A DNA stretch of 64,000 nt, taken from contig JARRKQ010000009.1 in assembly GCA_037387885.1 (NCBI GenBank), forward strand, positions 1,601 to 65,600. Reading direction: 5' to 3'. The stretch comes from Alphaproteobacteria bacterium. GTDB taxonomy: Bacteria; Pseudomonadota; Alphaproteobacteria; JAPULJ01. A program made the position numbers and the translations under genes. This document shows positions 55,312 to 64,000 of the stretch, piece after piece; position 1 is the stretch's first letter; the number at the start of each line of letters is the position of its first letter. Under the pieces are notes generated by a model. The model was given only the letters and a program-made list of their open reading frames with translations. It searched no databases and was not told the origin of the DNA.

Positions 55312-56004
55312 ATGCGACTTCGCGCGCTCTTCGGCTGGAAGGCCCTCCTCCTGACTGTCATGGCCGGTGCCGTGGCCGCGGGCGCGCTCGTGGCGATCGA
55401 CCAGCATGTCGGCAGCCGCGCCGCCGGCCGCGCTTATTTCAGCGTCCGCAAGGTGCCCTCGCGCCCCGTCGCCCTCCTCCTCGGCACGTCGAAATGGGTC
55501 GCCCGCGGCCGGCCGAACCTTTTCTACCTCTTCCGGATCCGGGCGGCCGCGCGCCTCTTCCACGCCGGCAAGGTCCGCGCCATCCTGGTGAGCGGCGACA
55601 ACTCGACCAGGCACTACAACGAGCCCGAGACGATGAAGGCCGACCTCATCGCCGCCGGCGTACCGGAAAAATACATCACCCTCGACTTCGCCGGCCGCCG
55701 CACGCTCGATTCGGTGGTGCGCGCCAAGACGATCTTCGGCCAGTCCGCCATCACCGTCGTCTCGCAGCACTTCCACAGCGCCCGCGCCCTCTACATCGCC
55801 GACGCCCACGGCATGGACGCCGTCGCCTATCTCGCCAAGGGCACGCGCGGACACCGGCGCCTGCGGGTGCGTCTGCGCGAGGTGGTCGCCCGCGCCCGCG
55901 CCTTCCTAGACGTGAACCTTCTCGATACCCGCCCCCATTTCGGCGGCAAGCGCGAGACGGTGACGTTGAAGCCGCTCAAGACCACGCGGTCGAAAGCCCG
56001 CTAA
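55312..56004 (+). CDS. sanA: SanA/YdcF (DUF218) family protein
   Basis: N-terminal TM. VALLLGTSKW...LFHAGKVRAILVSGDNSTRHYNEPETMKADLIAAGVP...ITVVSQHFHSARALYIA. Confidence 0.75.
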   Translation: MRLRALFGWKALLLTVMAGAVAAGALVAIDQHVGSRAAGRAYFSVRKVPSRPVALLLGTSKWVARGRPNLFYLFRIRAAARLFHAGKVRAILVSGDNSTRHYNEPETMKADLIAAGVPEKYITLDFAGRRTLDSVVRAKTIFGQSAITVVSQHFHSARALYIADAHGMDAVAYLAKGTRGHRRLRVRLREVVARARAFLDVNLLDTRPHFGGKRETVTLKPLKTTRSKAR

Positions 56005-56139
56005 TCCGGCCCCAAACAAGCGCCCCCCGCCCGAAACGCGTCAATGTCGGCCGTCACTGCGCCCGCCGCCGCGCGTCTTTATCCTCTGCACCTTCTCGAT
56101 AGCGTTACCGCAAGCGGCGCAATCGCTGAGGAGAAAACC

Positions 56140-56394
56140 ATGAACCCGACAGGCTTCAAGGCAGTTTCACTCGGGCTTGCATCGATCGCGCTCGCATCGA
56201 CCGCGATCGGCGGAACCGCGCAGGCTCAGTCCGGCGGCTATGGCTACCACCGGCAACAGGAACGCCCGCGCGTCAACCAGGATCAGGGCGTCCTCTGCCG
56301 CATGCGGCGGCGCCGGGTCTGCACGCTGATCGATGGACGGCACTACTGCAAGTTCGTCTATGAACGGGTCTGCCGCCAGGTGAACGGTCGCTAG
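56140..56394 (+). CDS. Small secreted 4-Cys protein, copy 1 (84 aa)
   Basis: RBS GAGGAG. Signal peptide ending TAQAQ. C-x7-C-x8-C-x7-C in VLCRMRRRRVCTLIDGRHYCKFVYERVCRQV. Confidence 0.6.
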   Translation: MNPTGFKAVSLGLASIALASTAIGGTAQAQSGGYGYHRQQERPRVNQDQGVLCRMRRRRVCTLIDGRHYCKFVYERVCRQVNGR

Positions 56395-56433
56395 ACCCGG
56401 TGAACTCGCGATCTTCCCGCAAAGGAGAAGACC

Positions 56434-56679
56434 ATGACTACGTCACGTCTGAAGGCAATTTCATTGGCGGTTGCGTCCATCGCCATGGCGACGACCGCGT
56501 TCACGGCCACCGCGCAGGCGGGGTACGGCAGCTATCATCCGGACGACGACGGCCCGAGTGTCAACAAGCCCGGTCCGATGTGTCGAACCAAGCTCGTCCG
56601 CGTTTGCACGACCAGCAACGGGCGCACCTATTGCAAGCCGACCTGGCAGACGATCTGCCGCGAAGTCGAAGCGCGCTAG
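56434..56679 (+). CDS. Small secreted 4-Cys protein, copy 2 (81 aa)
   Basis: RBS AAAGGAGAAG. Signal peptide ending TAQA. Same C-x7-C-x8-C-x7-C in PMCRTKLVRVCTTSNGRTYCKPTWQTICREV. Confidence 0.6.
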   Translation: MTTSRLKAISLAVASIAMATTAFTATAQAGYGSYHPDDDGPSVNKPGPMCRTKLVRVCTTSNGRTYCKPTWQTICREVEAR

Positions 56680-56730
56680 CGATGTGCCGGGCGGCCGGCT
56701 CTCAGCCGCTCGGCGCCTCGTTTCCCCACC

Positions 56731-57348
56731 CTACTCCTTGTCCGGGTCGCGCGTGGCGCTCCAGGACTTCGACGTACCCTGCACCATGTGGCGCACATTC
56801 TCGATGCCCTCCGGCTCTTCGAAGAAGAGCGTGCGCTTGGCGGCCATCTCGGTCATGTCCTGGGTCACGTACATGATCGTGTCCTCGTCGCCCGTCGCCG
56901 CATGCTCGTGATAGGCCCAGGCCGGACAGACGATAGTATCGCCCTTCTTGTAGGGGAACTTCGTGCCTTCGACCGTCGTATGGCCGGTGCCCTGGAGATA
57001 GTGATAGATCGCCACTGAATTGTGCCGGTGGTTCGGCACCACCTCGCCCGGATGGATGAGCTGAATGCCAATGAAGATGCCGGGCGAGGCGCCCGCCAGC
57101 TCGCCGTGATCCTCGTTGACCAGCGAGACGAAGCGCCGCTCGGCATGGCGCAGCGGATCCTTGCCCAGCTCCTCCAGCGTTTCCATCATGTCCTCGGCCG
57201 ACCATTTGGCCGGCCGTACATTGTGGTGCCGCACGCGCTGGAAATATTCGTCCGCCGTCACCACCCGCCCATTGCCGAAGCCCGGCTCGTTGCGGCCGTC
57301 GCCCTCGGCGTCAGCCTTAGCCGTCGGTTTTACTTTCGCGTCGCCCAT
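56731..57348 (-). CDS. Cupin-domain protein (dioxygenase-like)
   Basis: 205 aa. Cupin metal motif region IHPGEVVPNHRHNSVAIYHYLQGTGHT...CPAWAYHEH. Confidence 0.7.
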   Translation of the reverse strand: MGDAKVKPTAKADAEGDGRNEPGFGNGRVVTADEYFQRVRHHNVRPAKWSAEDMMETLEELGKDPLRHAERRFVSLVNEDHGELAGASPGIFIGIQLIHPGEVVPNHRHNSVAIYHYLQGTGHTTVEGTKFPYKKGDTIVCPAWAYHEHAATGDEDTIMYVTQDMTEMAAKRTLFFEEPEGIENVRHMVQGTSKSWSATRDPDKE

Positions 57349-57529
57349 GGTGTCCTCCCGATGGTTCGTCGCCGGCCCGCGTCCAGCGTGTCATATCTCG
57401 GAACGCATCATAGCATGTATGACCAGGTGAATAGGAATCGCAGACGGCGGACCGGCTCCCCGGCCAATCCGCCGCCCGGCCGAGCGTCAAAAGCCCGGCG
57501 CCCTCCCCAAGGCTCTAACCGTGGGATTT

Positions 57530-58107
57530 TCAGGCGTTCGTGTCGTCCTTCGAGGCCCCGCTATTGGTCGCCGGCCGGCGCTTGAGCGGCGATTTCGGAG
57601 CCGTCGCCTTGGATGCAGCTTTTGAGGTCGTCGCCTTGGACCGCGCGGCCGCAGCCGGCCGCTGACCGCCGCCGGACTTGGCCGATTTCAACGCCTTGTC
57701 GACCTCCGCGCGGGCGTGGGCAAGCTCTTCCTTCAGCTTGGCCGCCACCTGATCGCTCGCCTTCCCCGCATCGGCCAGCAGCGCCGAGGCTGTTTCGCCA
57801 TATCGGCCTTCACCGCCGCGATCTCGCGTGCGGCTTCGGATTTCGCCGCCTCGACCTGCTTGCTCGCCTCGAACTTGACGGCATTCACATGCGCCTCGAT
57901 CCCGGTCGAGAACTTGCGCAGATCGTTGGCCAGCGTCTTCAGGCCCTCGTCGAGCCGCTCGCCGAGCGTATGGTCGGATTGCTGCGCGGCGGCGATCTCG
58001 TCACCCATGGCGTCGACCTTCTTGGCCAGCTTTTTCAAGGTTTTCTTGCTGGCGAAATCGGTCTTGGCGCCGCCGGTCTTCTTTTTCGATTTCTTGGTCT
58101 TGGCCAT
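57530..58107 (-). pseudogene. Phasin-like / histone-H1-like coiled-coil protein, frameshifted as sequenced near 57793-57795
   Basis: MAKTKKSKKKTGGAKTDF...AAVKADMAK continues naturally in the frame of ORF 57530..57748 (TASALLADAGKASDQVAAKLKEELAHARAEVDKAL...). Length 578 nt, which is 2 mod 3. Confidence 0.65.
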
Positions 58108-58240
58108 CGATCCCTTCCCTCGCGCGTTTTCTGCTTGCCTGGTTCGTTTCTGTTGCGCCGCGGCGAGACGTAATAGCACGGCAGTGCACCGCACCAACGT
58201 CGACAACCCCGGATCGTCATGCGCAATGGCCGCAAATTAG

Positions 58241-58286
58241 GCGCACGGCGTGCGCATTACAAGAAAAACTTGCGCACCCCGTGCGC
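58241..58286. promoter_or_regulatory. Two copies of the palindrome GCGCAC-N3-GTGCGC, 31 bp centre to centre
   Basis: 58241-58255 GCGCACGGCGTGCGC and 58272-58286 GCGCACCCCGTGCGC, in the divergent region between the phasin-like gene and the peptide-ABC operon. Confidence 0.5.
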
Positions 58287-58418
58287 TTTTTATGGCTTCG
58301 CAACAATGACCAACTCGATGGCGTGCATCGTCGGCGCACTGATTTTATTTTCCCTATTCATCACCGGTGCATCACGCCACAATCGCCGCACCTCATCGCG
58401 AACGTCCGCGGAAGTCGA

Positions 58419-60458
58419 ATGTTTCGCAAAGCGACAGTGACGCTCATCGGCATTATTGCGTTGGCCCTGTCGCTCACGGCCTGCACGAACGATCCCTATC
58501 CGGGCGCCGATGCGCGCCGCAAGATCTACTACACCTCGTTCAACGAGGCGCCGAAATCGCTCGATCCGGCGGTCGCCTACGACACCGCGGCGCATGCGGT
58601 CACGGGCAACGTCTATGACAGTCTGCTCGAGTATCATTACCTGAAGCGCCCCTACACGCTGATCCCCGGTCTCGCCAAGGCATTGCCCAAGCGCGAGGCG
58701 GCCAAGGACGGCTCGGTCAGCTACACCTTCGAGCTGCGGCCCGGTCTCCTCTACCACGATGACGTCGCCTTCGCCCTCGCCGGCAAGGGCGCTGACGGCA
58801 AACCCTTGCGCACCCGCGAGGTCGTCGCCGCCGACGTCGCCTTCGAGCTGATGCGCATCGCCGACGCCAAGGTGGGCAGTCCGGTCGTGCGCAAATTCGC
58901 CGTAATCAAGGACCTGCTCGAATTCCGCAAACGCTTGCGCGCGCTGCGCGCCGCCTCGGCCGATTTCACGCAGATGCCCGTCCACCGCCAGTACGAGCGC
59001 GCCGGCGGCATCGCCGGCATCGAGGTCGAGGGCAAGTACATCCTGCGCCTCAAGCTTTCGCGCCCAGACCCGCAGCTCAAATATTGGTTCGCCATGCCCT
59101 TCACCACGCCGGTGCCGTGGGAGGCGGTGCAATATTACGACGGCGAGGAGGGCCGGCCGCATTTTCGCGACCATCCGGTCGGCACCGGGCCCTACCGGCT
59201 GGCGTTCTATGAGAAGCGGCTGCGCATGGTGCTGATCAAGAATGCAAGCTGGTATGGCGTACGCCATCCCGACTGGAAGGCGCCCGGCGCGACCTACCCC
59301 ACCGAAGGAAGCGCGGTCGACAAACGGCGCGGCCGCCTCGATCCAGCCTATACCGGCAAGCCGCTGCCGTTTATCGAGCGCATCGAGTTCCGCCTGGAAA
59401 AGGAAAGCATCCCGGCCTTCAACAAGTTCCTGCAAGGGTATTTCGACCGCTCGGGCATCATTTCCGAAAGCTTCGACAAGATCGTGCAGAACGATGCCCT
59501 GTCGCCCGAGATGATCGCCCGCGGCATCCGCCTGGAAAAGAGCGTGCAGGCGAGCGTCTTTTATATCGGCTTCAACATGCTCGACCCTACGGTGGGCGCG
59601 AAGGCGGGCTTGAGAGGCCGCAAGCTGCGTCAGGCGATGAGCCTGGCCATCGACGTTCGCGAGTATCTGCGGCTGTTCCAGAACGGCCGCGGCGTCGTCG
59701 CGCATTCGCCGATCCCGCCCGGCCTCTATGGCTACGACCGGAAATACCGAAATCCCTATTCAGGATTTGACTTAGCCCGCGCCCGCAAGCTCTTGGCCGA
59801 GGCGGGTTATCCGAAGGGCATCGACAAGAAGACCGGCGAGCCGCTGCAGATCACATTCGATACCGGCTCGACCTCGGCCCAGGCGATGCTGCGCTATCAA
59901 TACTTCATCAATTCCTGGCGGCGCATCGGCATCGACGTCGAGGTCAACGCCACCACCTACAATCAGTTCCTGCAGAAGCTGAAGCTCGGCGCCTACCAGA
60001 TCTACTTCACCGGCTGGATCGCCGACTTCCCCGATCCGGAGAACTTCCTCTTCCTGCTGGAAAGCTCCAGCGGCCGCAAGCAGAGCGGCGGCTCGAACTA
60101 TTCGAACTACGAGAACGCCCGATACGACCAGCTCTATCACGCCATGCGCGCGATGGAGAACGGGCCCAAGCGGCTTGCCGTGATCCGCCAGATGATCGCG
60201 ATTATCGAGCGCGACCGGCCGTGGATCGAGCTCTTCCACGACGAATCCTACGTGCTCAGCCATCCCTGGGTGAAGAACGTCAAATCCTTCGGCCTCAGCT
60301 ATCCGGTGCTGAAATATCTCGATCTCGAACCGGCGATGCGCGCACGCCTGCGCAAGAAATGGAATGCGCCGATCCGCTGGCCGCTCTGGATCGGCCTCGC
60401 GCTGCTGGTCGTCTTCGTCGCGCCGGCCATCTTCACCTTCTTCCGCGAGCGCCAGTGA
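58419..60458 (+). CDS. ABC transporter substrate-binding protein, family 5 (peptide/nickel, Opp/Dpp type), large form
   Basis: Lipobox LSLTAC. SBP_bac_5-like body. C-terminal hydrophobic helix WPLWIGLALLVVFVAPAIFTFF. Confidence 0.8.
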   Translation: MFRKATVTLIGIIALALSLTACTNDPYPGADARRKIYYTSFNEAPKSLDPAVAYDTAAHAVTGNVYDSLLEYHYLKRPYTLIPGLAKALPKREAAKDGSVSYTFELRPGLLYHDDVAFALAGKGADGKPLRTREVVAADVAFELMRIADAKVGSPVVRKFAVIKDLLEFRKRLRALRAASADFTQMPVHRQYERAGGIAGIEVEGKYILRLKLSRPDPQLKYWFAMPFTTPVPWEAVQYYDGEEGRPHFRDHPVGTGPYRLAFYEKRLRMVLIKNASWYGVRHPDWKAPGATYPTEGSAVDKRRGRLDPAYTGKPLPFIERIEFRLEKESIPAFNKFLQGYFDRSGIISESFDKIVQNDALSPEMIARGIRLEKSVQASVFYIGFNMLDPTVGAKAGLRGRKLRQAMSLAIDVREYLRLFQNGRGVVAHSPIPPGLYGYDRKYRNPYSGFDLARARKLLAEAGYPKGIDKKTGEPLQITFDTGSTSAQAMLRYQYFINSWRRIGIDVEVNATTYNQFLQKLKLGAYQIYFTGWIADFPDPENFLFLLESSSGRKQSGGSNYSNYENARYDQLYHAMRAMENGPKRLAVIRQMIAIIERDRPWIELFHDESYVLSHPWVKNVKSFGLSYPVLKYLDLEPAMRARLRKKWNAPIRWPLWIGLALLVVFVAPAIFTFFRERQ

Positions 60459-61459
60459 TGCTTGCCTTCATCGTCCGCCGTCTTGCCTTCGGTTTCGCCA
60501 CGGTGCTGGGCGTGCTCTTCGTGCTGTTCGTGCTGTTCTTCGCCGTCGCCGATCCCGACGACATGGCGATCCGCGCCATCGGCGAGCGCGCCTCGCCGGA
60601 GACCTACGCCGCCTGGAAGCGCAATCACGGCTACGACAAGCCGCTGCTGATAAACCCCGAATACGACTGGACCTCGATCCAGCGCTACACCGACACGCTC
60701 CTCGTCGATCACTACGAGCGCATGTTGAGCTTCCGCTTCGGCCGCTCAGACTCCGACGACACACCGATCTGGACGCGCATCCGCGAGGGCGCCGGCCCCA
60801 GCCTCAGCCTCACCCTCCCGCTCTTCGTGCTCGGGCTGATCGTCGGTATCACGCTGTCGCTCTTCGTCGCATTCTTCCGCGGCACCTATATCGACCGTTC
60901 GGTGCTGGTGATCTGCATGCTGGGGATGAGCGTGGCGAGCCTCATCTACATCATCGGCGGGCAATACCTGATCGGCAAGCTGCTGCGCTGGTTCCCGATC
61001 TCCGGCTTCGATCCCGACCCGGCGGTGATCGGCCGCTTCCTCGCCATCCCGATCCTGATCGGCGTGTTGGCCGAATTCGGCGGCACCGTAAGGCTTTACC
61101 GGACGGTCTTCCTGGAAGAGGTGAACCGCGATTACGTGCGCACGGCCCGCGCCAAGGGCTGCGGCGAGATCCGGGTGATGCTCCGCCACGTGCTGCGCAA
61201 TGCGCTTCTGCCGATCATCACCAACGTCGTCCTCGCGATCCCCTTCCTCTTCATCGGTTCGATCCTGTTCGAGTCCTTCTTCGGCATCCCGGGCCTGGGC
61301 GCGCTGACCGTCGAGGCGATTAACGGCAACGACTTCTCTACGCTCCGCACCATCGTCTATATCGGCGCGTTGCTCTACATCGCCGGCCAGATCCTGACCG
61401 ATATCTGCTACTCGTTGGCCGATCCGCGCGTCCGCCTCGGCGCGGAAGCGAGCGCATGA
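60458..61459 (+). CDS. ABC peptide transporter permease (DppB/OppB-like)
   Basis: MLAFIVRRLAFGFATVLGVLFVLF... EAA-loop region RTARAKGCGEIRVMLRHVLRNALLPIIT. The start overlaps the SBP stop (TGATG). Confidence 0.85.
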   Translation: MLAFIVRRLAFGFATVLGVLFVLFVLFFAVADPDDMAIRAIGERASPETYAAWKRNHGYDKPLLINPEYDWTSIQRYTDTLLVDHYERMLSFRFGRSDSDDTPIWTRIREGAGPSLSLTLPLFVLGLIVGITLSLFVAFFRGTYIDRSVLVICMLGMSVASLIYIIGGQYLIGKLLRWFPISGFDPDPAVIGRFLAIPILIGVLAEFGGTVRLYRTVFLEEVNRDYVRTARAKGCGEIRVMLRHVLRNALLPIITNVVLAIPFLFIGSILFESFFGIPGLGALTVEAINGNDFSTLRTIVYIGALLYIAGQILTDICYSLADPRVRLGAEASA

Positions 61460-62472
61460 GCTGGGTCAGCAACATCATCGTCGCGCTGCTGGTGGCCGGC
61501 GGGGCTTATGTCTGGATCTGGGCGCGCAGCAACCGGCTCTGGCGCGAGGCCATGCGCGCGCTCGTCCGCCGCCGCCGCTTCGCGCTCATTATACTCGGCG
61601 TTTACGTCCTGATCGGGCTGCTCGACGCGGTCTCCTGGGTCGGCGGCGACGGGGTGCAGGGCGTGGCGGCGTCGGAGGCGCGCTCGGTCATCGACCGCAT
61701 CTTCAAGCCGTCAATCTTCCGCGAGAAGAGCTATTCCGAGCCCTTCGCGCAGGTCGAGTTCGTCGGCGGCGCCGCGCTCACATTCCCCGGGCAACACGTG
61801 CTCGGCACCGACATTCTGGGCGACGACGTGCTCTACAAGACGCTGAAGGGCGTGAAGGTGGCGCTGCTGATCGGCGGGCTCACCTGCCTCGTCCTGATCC
61901 CGCTGGCGCTCCTCTTCGGCGTTTCGGCCGGCTATTTCGGTGGGAAGATCGACGACGCCGTCTTCTTCGTCATGTCGACGCTCGCCTCGATCCCCAACCT
62001 GCTGCTGCTGATCGCGCTTATTATGGCGCTCGGCAAGGGCACGCTGCAGGTCTGCTTCGCGCTCGGCATCACCGGCTGGGTGGGCCTGTCCCGCCTCACC
62101 CGCGCCGAGACGCTGAAGCTACGCGAGCTCGAATACGTCCAGGCTGCCCGTGCGCTCGGCGTCTCGCACCCCACCATCGTGATGCGCCACATCCTGCCCA
62201 ACCTCGCCCATCTCGTAATCATCACCTTTGCGCTGCTCTTCACCGGCCTCGTCCTGTCGGAGACCATCCTCGCCTATCTCGGCATCGGGCTCGACGGCTC
62301 GTGGGGCCGCATGATCGATCAGGCACGCAACGAGCTCTCGCGCGATCCCGTCATCTGGTGGAACATCGTCGCGGCATCCAGCGCGCTTTTCATCCTGGTC
62401 CTTTGCGTCAACCTGATCGCCGATGCGCTTCGCGACATCCTCGATCCGCGCACGCTCAGAGAAAGACCATGA
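61456..62472 (+). CDS. ABC peptide transporter permease (DppC/OppC-like)
   Basis: 338 aa. EYVQAARALGVSHPTIVMRHILPNLAHLVII. ATGA overlap with the preceding permease. Confidence 0.85.
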   Translation: MSWVSNIIVALLVAGGAYVWIWARSNRLWREAMRALVRRRRFALIILGVYVLIGLLDAVSWVGGDGVQGVAASEARSVIDRIFKPSIFREKSYSEPFAQVEFVGGAALTFPGQHVLGTDILGDDVLYKTLKGVKVALLIGGLTCLVLIPLALLFGVSAGYFGGKIDDAVFFVMSTLASIPNLLLLIALIMALGKGTLQVCFALGITGWVGLSRLTRAETLKLRELEYVQAARALGVSHPTIVMRHILPNLAHLVIITFALLFTGLVLSETILAYLGIGLDGSWGRMIDQARNELSRDPVIWWNIVAASSALFILVLCVNLIADALRDILDPRTLRERP

Positions 62473-62482
62473 GCGAGCGCAT

Positions 62483-63481
62483 ATGACCGACGCCGCCACA
62501 AATACGCCGCTGCTCAGCGTCGAGGACCTTTCGGTCACCTTCCCGGTGCGCGGTGAGCGGGCGCCGGTGGTCGACCGCGTCTCGTTCGCGATGGCGCCCG
62601 GCGAGATCCTGGCGCTGGTCGGCGAATCGGGCTGCGGCAAGTCGATGACCGCGCTCGCCATCCTCCGTCTCATCGCCAAGCCCGGCCGCATCGAGCCGCA
62701 CAGCCGCGTCGTCTTCGACGAGCGCGACATCCTCCGCCTCAAGGTCACGCAGATGCGCGCCCTGCGCGGTGCGGGCATCGCCATGATCTTCCAGGAGCCG
62801 ATGGCGAGCCTGAACCCGGTGCAGACCGTTGGCGACCAGGTGATCGAGGCGCTGCGCCTCCATGAGCGCGTCAGCCCCGCCGCCGCGCGCGACCGCGCCG
62901 CCGAGATCTTCGAGCGTGTCGGCATCCCCGATCCGCGCGGCCGTCTCAAGGCGTATCCCCACCAGCTCTCCGGTGGGCTCAAGCAGCGCGTCATGATCGC
63001 GATGATGCTGGTCGTCCGCCCGCGCCTCTTGATCGCCGACGAGCCGACGACCGCGCTCGACGTTACGGTGCAGGCGCAGATCCTCGCCCTGCTGCGCGAC
63101 CTCCGCGAGGAGCTCGGCATGGCGGTGCTTTTGATCACCCACGACTTCGGCGTGGTGAACGAGCTCGCCGACCGTGTCGCCGTCATGTATGGCGGCCGCA
63201 TCGCCGAGGAAGGCACCCGGGCGGAAGTCCTGGGCGCGCCGCGCCATCCCTACACGCAAGGGCTGCTGCGCTCGATCCCCTCGCTCGCCCATCGCGGTGA
63301 GACGCTCGAAGAGATCGCCGGCACTGTTCCGTCGGTCGGCCTCTGGCCGGCGGGCTGCCGGTTTGCAACCCGCTGCCCCAAGGTCTTCGAGCCCTGCAAC
63401 GCCGAGGTGCCGCCCGCGGTCCGCCTCTCCGACAGCCACCGCGCCGCCTGCCACGAGATCGCGCACGAGGTGCGCCGATGA
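62483..63481 (+). CDS. ABC peptide transporter ATP-binding protein (DppD/OppD-like)
   Basis: Walker A GESGCGKS, signature LSGGLKQR, Walker [14 protein letters not shown]-terminal oligopeptide-ABC Cys motif (CRFATRCP...C). Confidence 0.9.
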   Translation: MTDAATNTPLLSVEDLSVTFPVRGERAPVVDRVSFAMAPGEILALVGESGCGKSMTALAILRLIAKPGRIEPHSRVVFDERDILRLKVTQMRALRGAGIAMIFQEPMASLNPVQTVGDQVIEALRLHERVSPAAARDRAAEIFERVGIPDPRGRLKAYPHQLSGGLKQRVMIAMMLVVRPRLLIADEPTTALDVTVQAQILALLRDLREELGMAVLLITHDFGVVNELADRVAVMYGGRIAEEGTRAEVLGAPRHPYTQGLLRSIPSLAHRGETLEEIAGTVPSVGLWPAGCRFATRCPKVFEPCNAEVPPAVRLSDSHRAACHEIAHEVRR

Positions 63482-63533
63482 GCGAAGCGTCCGAGATATG
63501 AGCGGAGCGTCCGAGATATGAGCGAGGCGCCCA
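63478..63533 (+). repeat. About 2.7 copies of a 20-nt tandem repeat spanning the start of the second ATPase gene
   Basis: ATGAGCGAAGCGTCCGAGAT / ATGAGCGGAGCGTCCGAGAT / ATGAGCGAGGCGCC... Confidence 0.85.
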
Positions 63534-64000
63534 CTACAGCGCCGCCGCCGCTCCTCAAGGTCGAAGGGCTCAAGACCTGGTTTCCGGTGCGCACGGGCGT
63601 GCTGCAGCGGGTCGATCGCTGGGTCCGTGCAGTCGACGGCGTCGACCTCGAAATCCCCAAGGGCCAGACGCTCGCCCTCGTCGGTGAGTCGGGCTGCGGC
63701 AAGACCACCGTCGGCCGCTCGATCCTGCGACTGGAAGAGCCGCGCGAGGGCCGCGTCTTCTACGACGACACCGATCTGCTGGCATTGTCACGCGCGGCTA
63801 TGCGCCCCTACCGCCAGGCCATGCAGATCGTTTTCCAGGACCCGACCTCCTCGCTCGACCCGCGCATGCCGGTGCGCGATGCGATCGCCGAGGGCTTGCG
63901 CTCTTTCCGCATCGGCGCGAGCACGAGCGAGCGCACCGAGCGGGTCGCCGAGCTGATGACCCTGGTGCGCCTCGACCCGGAGCAGATGTGGCGCTATCCG
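63518..64000 (+). CDS. ABC peptide transporter ATP-binding protein (DppF/OppF-like), 5-prime part (runs off the right edge)
   Basis: Own translation: [75 protein letters not shown]...[14 protein letters not shown]. Open to the window end. Confidence 0.85.
   Translation, partial: MSEAPTTAPPPLLKVEGLKTWFPVRTGVLQRVDRWVRAVDGVDLEIPKGQTLALVGESGCGKTTVGRSILRLEEPREGRVFYDDTDLLALSRAAMRPYRQAMQIVFQDPTSSLDPRMPVRDAIAEGLRSFRIGASTSERTERVAELMTLVRLDPEQMWRYP

Overview
This is a high-GC chromosomal segment, roughly two-thirds G+C by eye. It carries alphaproteobacterial hallmarks: cpdR beside an N-formylglutamate amidohydrolase gene, an FnrN-type regulator with a perfect FNR/FixK box, a 41-aa L36, tkt-gap, class I fba-thiE and suhB-efp. 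Most of the window is core metabolism and transport: glycolate oxidase glcDEF, transketolase/GAPDH, a Mla-like lipid ABC system, a MacAB/Lol-like HlyD-FtsX-ABC trio, a Liv-type SBP, a Dpp/Opp-type peptide ABC operon and an imelysin/di-haem peroxidase iron-type cluster. There is one tRNA-Val(GAC). I saw no integrase, transposase, CRISPR array or rRNA.

Candidates for something undescribed:
- An orphan three-gene stator-like module (37910-40850): a TolA-like K/A-rich OmpA protein, a MotA/ExbB-like channel with a soluble tail, and a MotB-like coiled-coil OmpA protein.
- A leaderless, palindrome-controlled XRE operon encoding a 330-aa protein I cannot assign to any family (10843-12262). It lies divergent from a unit of small ORF, 41-aa peptide and hemolysin III.
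- A promoter-to-terminator candidate sRNA with a CCUCCC anti-SD motif (about 25536-25640, minus strand).
- Two paralogous 41-aa membrane peptides and a tandem pair of secreted 4-Cys mini-proteins.
- A low-GC mosaic patch (about 5028-5484) that truncates a sugar dehydrogenase and a cytochrome c inside a split glcDEF locus.

Four conserved genes are disrupted as sequenced:
- glcD has an in-frame TGA at a conserved Cys codon.
- A histidine phosphatase, mlaE and a phasin-like gene each need exactly one extra base.
- For mlaE and the phasin-like gene the missing base falls in a short homopolymer run. I therefore suspect consensus indel errors rather than biology.

All calls rest on my reading of the translated ORFs and the raw sequence. 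No database search was run. The ORF track appears to allow ATG, GTG and TTG starts, so many track starts were trimmed to the first plausible signal-peptide or RBS-supported start.
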